Assembly: GCA_946965045.2 (NCBI GenBank)
Contig: OX337242.1
Coordinates: 248,001-312,000, forward strand
Reading direction: 5' to 3'
DNA: 64,000 nucleotides
Source of the DNA: Epithemia pelagica
Lineage: Eukaryota; Protista; Bacillariophyta
How positions within the stretch are numbered: the first letter of the stretch is position 1; every line of letters starts with the position of its first letter. The notes below the pieces were generated by a model, which did no database searches, had not been told where the DNA came from, and worked only from the letters and a program-made list of their open reading frames with translations. This document shows, piece by piece, positions 1-11,013 of the stretch. Position numbers and translations under genes: made by a program.

Positions 1-585
1 GAAAGTTCCCGATGATTCGTTTTCAGTCTTCGCCATATTATATCGTCACTTATCATCTATGTTAGTCATCCGGCGCAAGCCCTATGCCCTATGCCCTAAG
101 CCCTCATCTTCGGTGGGCGTGGAAAGAAACAATGACACAAAATAAACTACTCCTATCCATCTCTATTCTCTACATATACTCCTAGAGGTCATAGGTCATA
201 GTATGAGTCGATTCATGCACATCGCTCCATGTTTTGTTGCTGTCTCTCTAGAAGGGTGACCGTTGTCCTTCGTAAAACACAGCGATTCATTGAATGGGCA
301 AAACAGCTTCCTCGTGGGAGTAGGTAGAACTATTGATAATCAAACAGATTGGAGTAAATACTTATTCGTAGCTTATCTGGAGCAACTGAAAAAACCAAAG
401 ACCTTGCCAACAAGACGGCCTTCGATGCATTTTGCTAGAATTACCAAACGTTAGACATGCCCAATGAGCCTAGGATTTCTCCAAAAGACAAAAGGCCGAC
501 TGCATTGTGAAAATGATGCTGATCTCGTCTCGATCCCCAAATCCCGTGGGAACAAAATTGCACTTTTCATCCTTCCAATGAAACA

Positions 586-1377
586 TCATGCGGCACGGGA
601 TACGGTTCGGGGAATGCTGTTGAGAAAAGCATTGAGGGCAAAAAAGCCGTGGGAGTTGTTGTGCAAAGTGTCGAGGGAGGAATTGCAACCACAACTGTCT
701 CTGGGATCGTCACTTTCCCGACAAAACACTAGGATGCGACAAAGAGCTTGATTCCAAACATTAACATTGTCCACGTTACCCATTTCGCAATGACAGTGCG
801 TAGCATTGGTACAAACTGCCATGAGAATCTTGAGGGTCGAGTCAGTGGGCTTGAAGCATGTAGGGCCATTCCCGTTGTTTGACTTTGCGAGTAAGTAAGC
901 TTGTTCGTAACAATCAAGGGCGGATGCAAGAAGAGCCGTATTCTCTGTCCTTCGTCTTTCCCATTCTAAGTGATAGCACAGGCCTAGATTGAAGAGAACG
1001 CATATGTTCATCGATATATGCTGAGTGCTTGTGGCAAAAGATGGGCAAGGCTTCGGTTGTGCTCCATTGTTACATTCGAAAAGAAAAGCTTGGACGTAGA
1101 ATTCCCGTCTGGGATCAATAGACTCATCGTTGCTATCGTCATCGGTAGCATAAAAAGAGAAGGAAGTTTGGCCATTCATCTGATCATCAGTCGTACATGA
1201 TCGATCTGTCGTCGCGTCAAAGGCATTACTAGGGGGAAGTGGTGATGGGGACAAGATGCACCATGACAACTGAGATAGACAATATGAAAACGCAGAAGCG
1301 GCCTCTTTAAAATCATACTGCTCCATTAGGTCAATACCGACCATGTTCAAAGCTTGTATTTCGTCAATGGATGTCAT
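586..1377 (-). CDS. Hypothetical TPR-like helical protein (diatom-type)
   Basis: Single ORF; first plausible ATG at 1377 (MTSIDEIQALNMVGIDLMEQ). TPR-like helices VLFNLGLCYHL and ALDCYEQAY. Confidence 0.6.
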   Translation of the reverse strand: MTSIDEIQALNMVGIDLMEQYDFKEAASAFSYCLSQLSWCILSPSPLPPSNAFDATTDRSCTTDDQMNGQTSFSFYATDDDSNDESIDPRREFYVQAFLFECNNGAQPKPCPSFATSTQHISMNICVLFNLGLCYHLEWERRRTENTALLASALDCYEQAYLLAKSNNGNGPTCFKPTDSTLKILMAVCTNATHCHCEMGNVDNVNVWNQALCRILVFCRESDDPRDSCGCNSSLDTLHNNSHGFFALNAFLNSIPRTVSRAA

Positions 1378-1627
1378 GGTTAGGAGACTTCTCGGTGAGG
1401 AGTTAGAGCATTGGAAAATGAATAGTGGAACTAAGATGAGAGATGAGCTCGTGTATCGTTTACTATTGTTCCCTATCTCTTCTCTTCGAGTACTCTTTGC
1501 TGGATACTCAGTGGTCCGACTTCCATCCTTAATCCATAATCCTTCCAAATTCTCATTATTATTCCTGATATCAAGTTGAGCTTTAGGGCAAGCATCATAT
1601 TATTAGTACGGGCATCCGAAGCGCAGA

Positions 1628-1707
1628 ACGCAGAGCGAACCTAGAGCTAATCAAGGTTCGCCATTCGACGCAGAGCGAACCTAGAGCTAATCAAGGTTCG
1701 CCATTCG
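1628..1707. repeat. Tandem repeat, 2 x 40 bp, each unit with an 8-bp hairpin
   Basis: ACGCAGAGCGAACCTAGAGCTAATCAAGGTTCGCCATTCG at 1628-1667 and 1668-1707; GCGAACCT pairs with AGGTTCGC. Confidence 0.9.
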
Positions 1708-2119
1708 ACCCAACATCAATCATCAGTCATCAGGACCACAAAAATGAAAGTTCCTAGGAGTTGTAGCTAGCTAGCGAATTATCTCTTCTTTTAGATCCTC
1801 TATTCTCTTCTCTTCCTACTCTACTAGTCCCAAAGGATGCTCTCGGCTCGGTGATCCCACCAAAGAAAAGTACCCATCATGGGTTATGGGTTAGGATGGC
1901 TGACTCTTCTACTACTCCATCTAGTAGCTAGCTAGTACTCCTAATACTCTTGGATCTTGGAAGCTACTCAAGAGCCCTCTAGCTAGAGCATCTGGGGCTT
2001 ATCGACTCCTCTTCTTGTCTCTACCTACCGTAAATAGCGTTAGTTAAGCCTCACCGGAAGATAAGCCTCAGTGGGTCCAGCTTTTGAGTTGCAGCTTGTA
2101 CAATGGGGACATATCATAT

Positions 2120-2323
2120 TGCGGTACCCGGACTCTGTCCCGCCACGACTCCACGTAAACATGACTCGATAGGTCCCTAGTTGAATCTTTGACACCGACG
2201 TTCGCAGAATTCAGTCCGTCCTTGTCCCGTGTGCAGATGGCTTCTCTGGCCATCGCTCACTTTCCTAGCCTAATTCCTAAAGATCATAATTTTTGCGTCC
2301 TACCATTATACATGGGTATGGCA
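2120..2323 (+). repeat. Gypsy 5' LTR
   Basis: TGCGGTACC...GGTATGGCA; matches 7786-7989 at 203/204. Confidence 0.95.
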
Positions 2324-2460
2324 CTCTGATCAGATTCCTCAACGCCCTTGTTTTTCCTTCTTCACCATAACACGCCTCCGGCGGCCGACGTTTGTGCAAT
2401 TCCTTTTGCCCGTCCTTTGATTCCTTTCCTCTCCTTTTCTCACCATTGCATCTCTCCATC

Positions 2461-3644
2461 ATGGCAGACAACACCAATGGGTTCATTACCCTTGTCGATG
2501 CACTCCGCTTCCAACGTCGCGTTGATGAGGCTCTGTCCTCCGATTCCTTTTCTGATCTCAAGCTCAAAGATGACGACGACAAGTACTACGCCAACCTCCT
2601 CCCATTTCGGGAGTCGACGGATGAAGACCCTCGAGATCTCTTCCTTTGGGTCCTCCACTTTGTGGACAAGATCCGCATCTCCGGTCATCCGGATCCCTTC
2701 GCCGCCTGTTGCGAGTATTTCCCTCGCTCGGTCACCAGCGCTATCGCCGATCCCTTTCTCGAAGCCTACAACGGTTTGCCTCCAGGCACCAATCTCGATG
2801 AAGCCTGCTTCCAAGGTTTGATTGCTGCGGTTTTTGCTCCCCTTGTCCTTGTCAGTGAAGTTAGTGCTTTCCGCACCTTCCTTCTTTCTGGGCCTCGAAA
2901 GCCCTCAGACATGACAGTGGACTCGCATCTGCAGTCCCTTTGCAAGTTTTCAAACGGTCTCAAATACCTCAGCTCCGACGCTGCAATCGTCCCCCTCACC
3001 GAAGACGAAATCAAACAAGCCTTTTACCAAGGCTCGCCGACTACATGGCGCACGGAATTTCAACAAGCCAATCCCTTGGTGCCGGACACTGTCAATCACT
3101 TTGACACGGCTGCTCTCTTGCAAGCAATGCGCGGATACCAGCGCGCCTCCAAGCAAAAGGCCCTACAACGTGAGCAACAGCAAAATCGTTCGCAGTCTCG
3201 TCAAGACCACTCTCGTCCTCGCGACTCCAACAACAGCGGCAATCGCGATTCTCGTGGTGGACTCCGCGGTGGCAATCGTGATTCCTCACGTGGCAGAAAT
3301 TGCCGTGGCTCCTCCGACTGCAACGACTCCTCCGGAGACAATCGTGGCACCTCCGATGGCAACTCCGATCCCTGTCCGTATCGGACCACGATGGACTCCC
3401 ATCGCAACCATTCTTGGGCTGATTGCATTTATAATCCCACGGGTCGCAATTTCAATCAAAGCCTTTTTGACGTCATGGTTCAACGTTCTAGCCGTTCTAC
3501 CGGTGGCGGCAACGCCGGAAACAATCCTCCTCAAGGTGGTGGTTCCAATGGCAACAACAACCCGCGTGGTTCCTCCACTCCGGCCCGTTCTTCCTGGGGC
3601 TCTCGTCCTTCTGCCCCTGGTCGTGGCAGTGATCAACACTGGCA
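2461..3644 (+). CDS. Gypsy gag-like region
   Basis: ATG at 2461 (MADNTNGF), helical capsid-like region, then an R/G/S/N-rich nucleocapsid-like tail with CPYR...HSWADC. The reading frame shifts to the pol frame near 3645. Confidence 0.75.
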
Positions 3645-6600
3645 ATGGATGGAATGCCTCCAGGATGCGTTCCCACCATTCCTGTTGATGCTGAGGGAAT
3701 CCAGCAGTGGAGCGATCTTCGCAATCCTGAAAAGACGGTCCCCGGTACGTCTCACCTTTCATCTTCCTTTTCCTCGTCTCCTGACGATAAGACTCATCAC
3801 CTGGACGTTTTGTTCTCGCAGCAATGTCAGATCCAAACTGGCCCGCCAACGGCTATGCCGGCAGCGCAATCCATCCCGATGCACCCATCAACGAGGTCAT
3901 CGACCAGTTCAACAAAATTTATCGACGCGGCATGGACATTGGCCACATGTACAACCTGTCCACCCAAGGAGGTCTCGCTGCTTACTCCCGCGTCTCTATG
4001 TCGTGATGACGCTTTTATAAGCGAGGGGATTGATCCTAATAACGGTTACTTGGATAACCTAGAGTCTTATGATGAGTTCTACTCCCAATTTCCTTCATCT
4101 AGTGATGTTCGTTCGTTAGATTCGCCTTCTCGGCCTGAATGCGTTCCACTCACCATCGTCATGGCTCGCCATATTGGCGGTGTCGAGAATACGCTTCCCT
4201 TGCGTGCCCTGCTCGATTCAGGCGCTGACAAGACGATTCTTCATTCACGCTGCCTTCAACCAGGCATGATACCGCGGTCTACCGACCGTTCCGTGAACAC
4301 GACCATGGGAACTCGTTCCGGTGTGTCCGAAATTCTCCTGGAAGACATTGTTTTCCCAGAGTTCTCACGAACCAAACACGTAACCTATCCCTTATGGGTC
4401 GACATCTATGATGCTCCCAACAGTCGCTATGATATCATCATCGGTCGCGATTTGCTTCGCCGTCTGGGCGTCCTTCTTGATTTCGACCGTGGGATCTCCT
4501 CCTGGGACTCCATTGAAGTCGCCATGCGCGACCGCGATTCATTCGCGACTGAACACGAGTTCGTCTCCCATTTCATCGATCTCTTCGCAGATGATGACGT
4601 CCTCGGTGACGATTACCTGCTCGATTCAAATTACAAACAGGCAGATCTCGATGAGCTTCTTGCTCAACAGACTCATCTGACGCCCTCACAACAACAAGAT
4701 CTTCTAAGTGTGTGGCTGAAATGCGGGCGCATCTTTGATGGCGTCCTGCGTGCCTATCCGGACAAAGAGTTGCATCTCGATCTCATGCCCGATGCCAAAC
4801 CGGCTCATCATCGTCATTATGCGGTCCCTCGCAATATTCATGACACCTTCAAAAAGGAACTGTTTCGGTTTGTCGATATCGGCATTTCGAACGAGTTGGT
4901 TCCACTGAGTGGGCCGCTCCTCATTTCGCCATTCCTAAAAAGGATGGACGAATCCGAATGATCTCGGACTTTCGTTTGCTTAATGCGCAAATGTATCGCC
5001 GCGTCTATCCCTTTCCAAGGATCGAAGATATCCTTTGACGACGCAAAGGCTACAAGTATTTCACAAAACTTGACATCTCTATGTGTTTTCACACCTTCAA
5101 ACTTGACGAGTTTTCCAGCAATCTTTGCGTTATCACTACGCCTTTTGGCAAGTTTTGCTATCGTCGCCTCCCTATGGGAGTCAAGCAATCCCCAGACTTC
5201 TGTCAGGAGCTCATGGAAGAAGTCCTCGCTGACTTTCGCGATCACGTCGAAGTTTACATCGACGATATCGGCGTCTTTTCCGACAGTTGGGAAGAACATG
5301 TCAAGATTCTCAACAAAGTCCTCCAACGTCTTCAAGACAAGAACTTTTCAATCACTCCTCACATATGTGAATGGGCCGTGCAGGAAACCGACTTTTTTGG
5401 CCATTGGCTTACGCCTACAGGTCTACGACCATGGAAGAAAAAGATTTCCGCGATTCTGGCTTTATCGCCTCCTCGCACCATGAAAGAACTACGTTCCTTC
5501 ATTGGCATGGTTAATTTCTATCGTCACATGTACCCTCAGCGATCCCATCACTTAGCTCCGCTAACAGCATTGACCGGCAAGAAGACCTTTGAATGGTCCC
5601 CGCACTGTCAGAAAGCCTTTGAAAACGTCAAAGCCATGCTTGCGCATGATGCGTTCATCCGCTATCCCGATCACAACATTCCTTTCCACGTCTATGTGGA
5701 CGCGTCTGACTATCAGCTCGGCGCTGTTATCATGCAGGAAAACATCCCTGTCGCGTATTTCTCACGCAAGCTAAACCCCGCTCAGCGGAATTACACCACT
5801 ATGGAAAAGGAGTTACTCTCCATCGTCGAAACCCTCAAGGAGTTCCGCTCCATGTTGCTTGGCTGTGCCGCCTTGCACATTCATACCGATCACAAAAATC
5901 TCACCTATGCCACTCTCAACTCCCAACGAGTCCTTCGTTGGCGTCTCTTTCTCGAAGAATACAATCCCATCTTTCATTATATTCCTGGCCAGGATAACGT
6001 CATCGCCGACGCGTTGTCGCGTCTCCCTCTTTCAGAAGAGGAGGAGAAGAGTGTCCCTTCCAAGGTCCCTTCCAACGGTCCCTCGTCTGGACCACGATCC
6101 CTTTTCGATCATAGCGGCAAACACTCCGTGTTTCAGGTTCCTCGTGCGCTTAATGATGACCCCCGCTTAGCGTCTCGTGACGCGGATTCTCATGAATCCC
6201 CTATTTTCATGGACGAAGAGTTGATCGATGTGTATCTTAATCATCCCGCCATTACGGCCAACCAACCTCTACCGGTTGACTATGCTACGATATTTCAGCA
6301 TCAACCAAGGTCCCCTCCAACGGTCCCTCGTCTGGACCACGATCCCTTTTCGATCATAGCGGCAAACACTCCGTGTTTCAGGTTCCTCGTGCGCCTAATG
6401 ATGACCCCCGCTTAGCGTCTCGTGATGCGGATTCTCATGAATCCCCTATTTTCATGGACGAAGAGTTGATCGATGTGTATCTTAATCATCCCGCCATTAC
6501 GGCCAACCAACCTCTACCGGTTGAGTATGCTACGATATTTCAGCATCAACAAAACGATGCCGCCTTAATGGCGTTGGTCCAATCCAAACCTGACTATTAT

Positions 6601-7824
6601 CATTATTTGCAACCCTTTCCTACGGAAAACCCACAATACAACCTTGTCTGTTATCGACAATCGGTTAATGCCCTCTGGCGCATTCGCATTCCTGACTCGC
6701 TTCTCGCGCATACAGTCAACTGGTATCATCTCGTGCTTAACCACGCTGGTTCCACGCGACTCCGCAATACTATCGCCATGCACATGATGCATCCCCAAGT
6801 GGGACTCTACTGCGATCAAGCTGTTTCCAGCTGTCCGACCTGTCAACGGTCGAAGGTCGTTCATCGACATTACGGAGAATTGCCTCCTCGTGAGGTCCGT
6901 GGTAATCCCTGGTCCGACATTGCCGTCGATCTTATCGGCCCCTGGACAGTCAAAGTCCATGGCATGGCCCTGACCTTTCAGGCTCTGACGGTCATTGACA
7001 CTGTCACCAATTTTTGCGAGATCATCCGTATATACGATAAAACCGCTCGACATGTTGGTCTCCAACTCGAGAATCCATGGCTTTCACGCTATCCTCGCCC
7101 TGTTCGTTGCCTTTTCGATCAAGGCGGCGAGTTCATTGGCCATGCGTTTACGCAAGTGCTTCGCAATCATGACGTCAAGCCAGTGCCCCTAACGGCCAAA
7201 AATCCACAATCCAATGCCCTATGTGAACGTCTTCATCTGACCATTGGCAATTCGTTACGCGCTATCGTTAACTACGAGCCGCCGCAAAACATTGATCAGG
7301 CCGCTCTCATGGTCGACACTGCTCTGCAAACCGCTGCATACTCTGCACGCACTGCCATTCACGGCAGCCTCAAACATTCTCCCGGCAGTCTTGGGTTCCA
7401 CCGCGACATGCTGTTCGACATTCCCATCCTTGCGGACATGGAATTGATTCGTCAAAAACGACAAATCATCGTTGACGAACGAGCTCGACTCGCAAATCGC
7501 TCTCGCGTCTTTCATGACTACAAAATTGGAGATCGCGTGCTCATCCGCGCTACCAATCCGGACAAATTGGCACCCCGTACCAGTCCCAATCCTTTCACTA
7601 TCACGCGTGTCCATTCCAATGGCACCGTGACCATTCAACGTGGTCCGCACGTCACCGAGCGCATCAATATTCGGCGTCTCATCCCTTACCGTGTGTTACA
7701 TGGGTTTTACTGCCGTTGGCCTCTGGCCATCAAGCTTTCCCATGGCCTGCTCAAACTTCCTAGGTCCGACCAGGGAGAGGCAGAGTGCGGTACCCGGACT
7801 CTGTCCCGCCACGACTCCACGTAA
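3645..7824 (+). pseudogene. Gypsy pol (protease, RT, RNase H, integrase), disrupted
   Basis: Protease LLDSGA; RT YIDDI; RNase H VDASD and TDHKNL; integrase HHCC region, VDLIGP, FDQGGEF, NALCERLH. Lesions: frameshift ~4886, in-frame TGA 5036-5038, and a 245-bp frameshifting duplication 6060-6549. Confidence 0.92.
6060..6549 (+). repeat. Internal tandem duplication, 2 x 245 bp, in the RH-IN linker
   Basis: 6060-6304 and 6305-6549 differ at 4 positions by my reading. Confidence 0.9.
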
Positions 7825-7989
7825 ACATGACTTGATAGGTCCCTAGTTGAATCTTTGACACCGACGTTCGCAGAATTCAGTCCGTCCTTGTCCCGTGTGC
7901 AGATGGCTTCTCTGGCCATCGCTCACTTTCCTAGCCTAATTCCTAAAGATCATAATTTTTGCGTCCTACCATTATACATGGGTATGGCA
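7786..7989 (+). repeat. Gypsy 3' LTR
   Basis: Preceded by the PPT and followed by TSD CATAT. Confidence 0.95.
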
Positions 7990-8449
7990 CATATATCAAT
8001 CTTAATGTCTTTTCACACAGAAATGAACTATAGAAACAAAGTAAGTGAAAGGAAGAGTAGAGGAAGAGTACATCCAGCTATATTCTCGATGTGCGACCTA
8101 AAAAGTGAACATTTGGTGAGGCTTAACTAACGCTATTTACGGTAGAGAGAATCTACTAGAGGGGTAGCTGCTAGCTTCGAGTCTTGGGTTCTGCTGACCC
8201 GGCGTCAAGGGACAACCGGTGGGGGACCCAATACTAGGGCTATCAAACTTAGGCTATCTCCACCCGGGGCCGCTAATGGTCCAAATACCGCTATTGAACT
8301 CCACCATCTCCTCTAACCGCTAAACAGCTCCCCTATCCGCTATTTTTGCCGCTATTTGGGGCCCCCAATAGCAGGAAAAATAGCGGATAGCGGTAACCGT
8401 AGGCATAAATAAATCAACGCATGATGCCAACAGCGTCCCCTTCATTTGG

Positions 8450-8725
8450 TTCTGTTGTGTTTTTGAATCTCTCCCGCCAAAGAGGTGGCATGGTAGCGAT
8501 CGCATGGCATCTCTTGTGTTTCATGGTTGTGTTTTTTATGCCTCCTTCATAAAACAATCAAACAGAAAACATCGGTCGTGGGTCTGTGTATTCTGTTGTG
8601 TTTTTGAATCTCTCCCGCCGAAGAGATGGCATGGTAGCGATCGCATGCCATCTCTTGGGTTTCATGGTTGTGTTTTCTATGCCTCCTTCATAAAACAATC
8701 AAACAGAAAACATGGGTCGTGGGTC
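8450..8725 (+). repeat. Imperfect tandem duplication (141-bp unit) carrying a 13-bp stem-loop
   Basis: Copies start at 8450 and 8591; hairpin AAGAGATGGCATG/CATGCCATCTCTT is perfect at 8621-8656 and has 2 mismatches in the first copy. Confidence 0.85.
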
Positions 8726-9670
8726 GTGTGGTCACCTGAAGAAAAGCGCATTGCTGCACTTGCGTGGAAGAGGGCCTCTGCCGACCCTATTTCTGGTGCT
8801 GACCAGAAAGCTGATATATTCCGTGAAAAGGTAAAAGTAAACATTGCAGCACTTGCCCTACATGATTGCGACAAACAATGCTACCACTATTGCTCCACCG
8901 CGTCCATTTTTGGACATTTGCGTGATAGAGTTTTCGCAGACATCCAGAAGTTCAACAGTGTGTTGCGGTTGGTCGAAGGAGCAAATCTAAGTGGTGTGGA
9001 CAAGCAACAGAAAATAAACATGGCAGTGGCGATTCACCTCAAAAAAAGTTCGCTTCCTTCCTACCTTTTCAAGAGCTTTGATGCATACCAGTGGCCCAAC
9101 TATCTGGCATGGATCGAATTAAAAGATATCCCTAAATTTGCTGTTGCCAAGTCCTCTTCGTCCAACTCTGGAGAGGATGACGACGTGACGGACTCCGTTT
9201 TTGATTCCTCAGTAGACGCGGAACAAGTGGCATCTACTCCTAAGCCCAACAGCAAGAGTCGTCCTGGTGGTCGAGACATGGCAAAATCAAAAATGCTCAA
9301 GAACAAAAAGACTGATGAGACACGAGAACGGCTTGAAGAAGCAAAGAGACTCCGCCTTGCTATCGAGCACCGTAATAAACAGTTAGAGAGCATTGGGCGT
9401 CTGGCACAGCTGAAGAGCGTTATCTCATTGTGTGGTGAGACTCACAAGGACCAAGTTTACCAACTCAAGCAACAGCTTCTTGAAGAAACCTTGCGCAAAT
9501 ATGGACAAAACCTGTCTAGCGCTGGTGAAGGTGAAAAAGAAAATGAACCTGGTACAAACGAAGGTGATAAGGAAAATGACCCAGAAGAAAGCACTAACTC
9601 TACAGAAATTATGGACGGCGATGAATCTGAAGTGGCGGTTGCACTCAACCAGCTTGCAACTAGTGTTTAG
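8504..9670 (+). CDS. Harbinger accessory Myb/SANT-like DNA-binding protein
   Basis: WSPEEKRIAALAWKRASADPISGADQK is typical of Harbinger ORF1 Myb-like N-termini; acidic/basic tail. The start is uncertain because the 5' end lies in a 141-bp duplication. Confidence 0.7.
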   Translation: MASLVFHGCVFYASFIKQSNRKHRSWVCVFCCVFESLPPKRWHGSDRMPSLGFHGCVFYASFIKQSNRKHGSWVVWSPEEKRIAALAWKRASADPISGADQKADIFREKVKVNIAALALHDCDKQCYHYCSTASIFGHLRDRVFADIQKFNSVLRLVEGANLSGVDKQQKINMAVAIHLKKSSLPSYLFKSFDAYQWPNYLAWIELKDIPKFAVAKSSSSNSGEDDDVTDSVFDSSVDAEQVASTPKPNSKSRPGGRDMAKSKMLKNKKTDETRERLEEAKRLRLAIEHRNKQLESIGRLAQLKSVISLCGETHKDQVYQLKQQLLEETLRKYGQNLSSAGEGEKENEPGTNEGDKENDPEESTNSTEIMDGDESEVAVALNQLATSV

Positions 9671-9678
9671 TGATTAAC

Positions 9679-11013
9679 CTACCCGTTACGTTTAGACCAT
9701 GCATGTTCAATCAGGTCGCCTTTTAGGGATATTTTTTGTTGCGAGTCCTGGATATTCTCCTGCAAATGAGCATGCTGGAGAATGGCTTGAATTCCACTTC
9801 CTCCGACAGCACCAACTTCCTCGACTGGTGCACCAAACAACGACACGACTTCATCTGTCTCGGCATTGAACGCCATGTTTTTGCTATCGACATCCATCGG
9901 ATCCGTGCCACGTCCATGCTCGACACACATGTTGTGTAGGATAATACAACAATCCAACACATCTCCAATTTTTGATCGGGTCCAGAACCGCAGAGGTCGC
10001 TTGAGAATATGGAACCTCTTAACCAGAACACCAAAACAGCGTTCAATGTCTTTACGGACGGCTTCTTGACATGATGAAAAATACTTGAGCTTTTCTTCAT
10101 CAGAGCCCTAACAGGAATCAATGAAAATGGACCAGTCTGGATAGATACCATCCACCAAGAAGTACATGTAGTCTCTCCAATTCGGTCCTATCTTGTATGG
10201 AGTGGGACATGAAAAATCAAAGGAGCCATTCACCATTGCGCCAACTATGGAACTCTGATCCAGAATGTTTATGTCGTTCAAAGTCCCTGGTTGCCCAAAA
10301 AAGAAAAACCAAATGTACAAGTCAGGATCACATATTGCTTCCAATACAAGAGTGGTGACACCCTCCTTTCCACGGAATTGCCCTTCCCAAGCTTTAGGAC
10401 TGTTTTCCCAATTGAAATGCTTGCAATCCCATGACGCAAAGCAACCTGGGAAGTTACGAGCAGCATTTTTCTTCAACGCGTGCTCCTTTTCCGAAGACGT
10501 AGGTTGGCGATTTAAATAGTCTTTGGCAAAATGTTGTTTGATAAGGGATAAGAATTGCTCAAAGGATTCATGTAAGACCGACTCAGACAAGCAAAGATTT
10601 TCATCTTCCCTGTCATCAGCATCCCCATAAGCAATCTTCCGAAAGCAAGCCACAAGACGCACAAGTGGGTTGATCCCAGGACGTCCATCAAGCATGTAAT
10701 GTTGCGTGAAGCAACCACTACCATAAAGTTGGTTGTATATCTGATTGAAAACTGCGCGGGGTAATCGGAACCGACGCTCAAAGTCTGCCTCGTCGTAGAT
10801 GGAGTTTTCTCCATCAAAGTAATTGCACACCAATTGCTTGTACGCTTCGTCAAAGTCACGACTCTTGTTTGGTGCCTTTCCTTTAGGCGAACCACCATGT
10901 TGGGTGCTAGTATGTTGTTCCAGGAGGTCAGATGCAACTGTAGAAGCTACACCAATGTCAACATCTGCCTCCTGTTGGAGCAGCTCCAACAGTTCATCCA
11001 ACGAGTCCTCCAT
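9679..11013 (-). pseudogene. Harbinger DDE transposase with one premature stop
   Basis: FERRFRLPR, SWDCKHF, NDINILDQS, LVDGIYP; TAG at 10108-10110; in-frame continuation RKDIERCFGVL...CIILHNM. 444 codons if the stop is read through. Confidence 0.9.

Larger units (their letters stand above)
2120..7989 (+). mobile_element. Ty3/gypsy LTR retrotransposon, full length but coding-disrupted
   Basis: 204-bp TG...CA LTRs (2120-2323, 7786-7989) with one C/T difference; 5-bp TSD CATAT (2115-2119, 7990-7994); polypurine tract AGGGAGAGGCAGAG before the 3' LTR; domain order PR-RT-RH-IN. Confidence 0.97.
2028..8142. mobile_element. Tc1/mariner-type MITE (~240 bp net) interrupted by the gypsy insertion
   Basis: Perfect 28-bp TIRs CCGTAAATAGCGTTAGTTAAGCCTCACC at 2028-2055 and reverse complement at 8115-8142; TA on both outer sides (2026-2027, 8143-8144). 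Confidence 0.8.

Noticed and set aside
1628-1707. CRISPR-like palindromic repeat
   Set aside because: Only two abutting copies, no spacers, no cas genes, eukaryotic context.
3645-4020. C-terminal part of the 542-aa ORF 2392-4020 as real gag sequence
   Set aside because: After ~3645 the protease-containing frame takes over; the remainder looks like off-frame read-through.
7640-7790. Chromodomain at the gypsy integrase C-terminus
   Set aside because: Only a GPY/F-like module is visible; no aromatic-cage chromodomain pattern.
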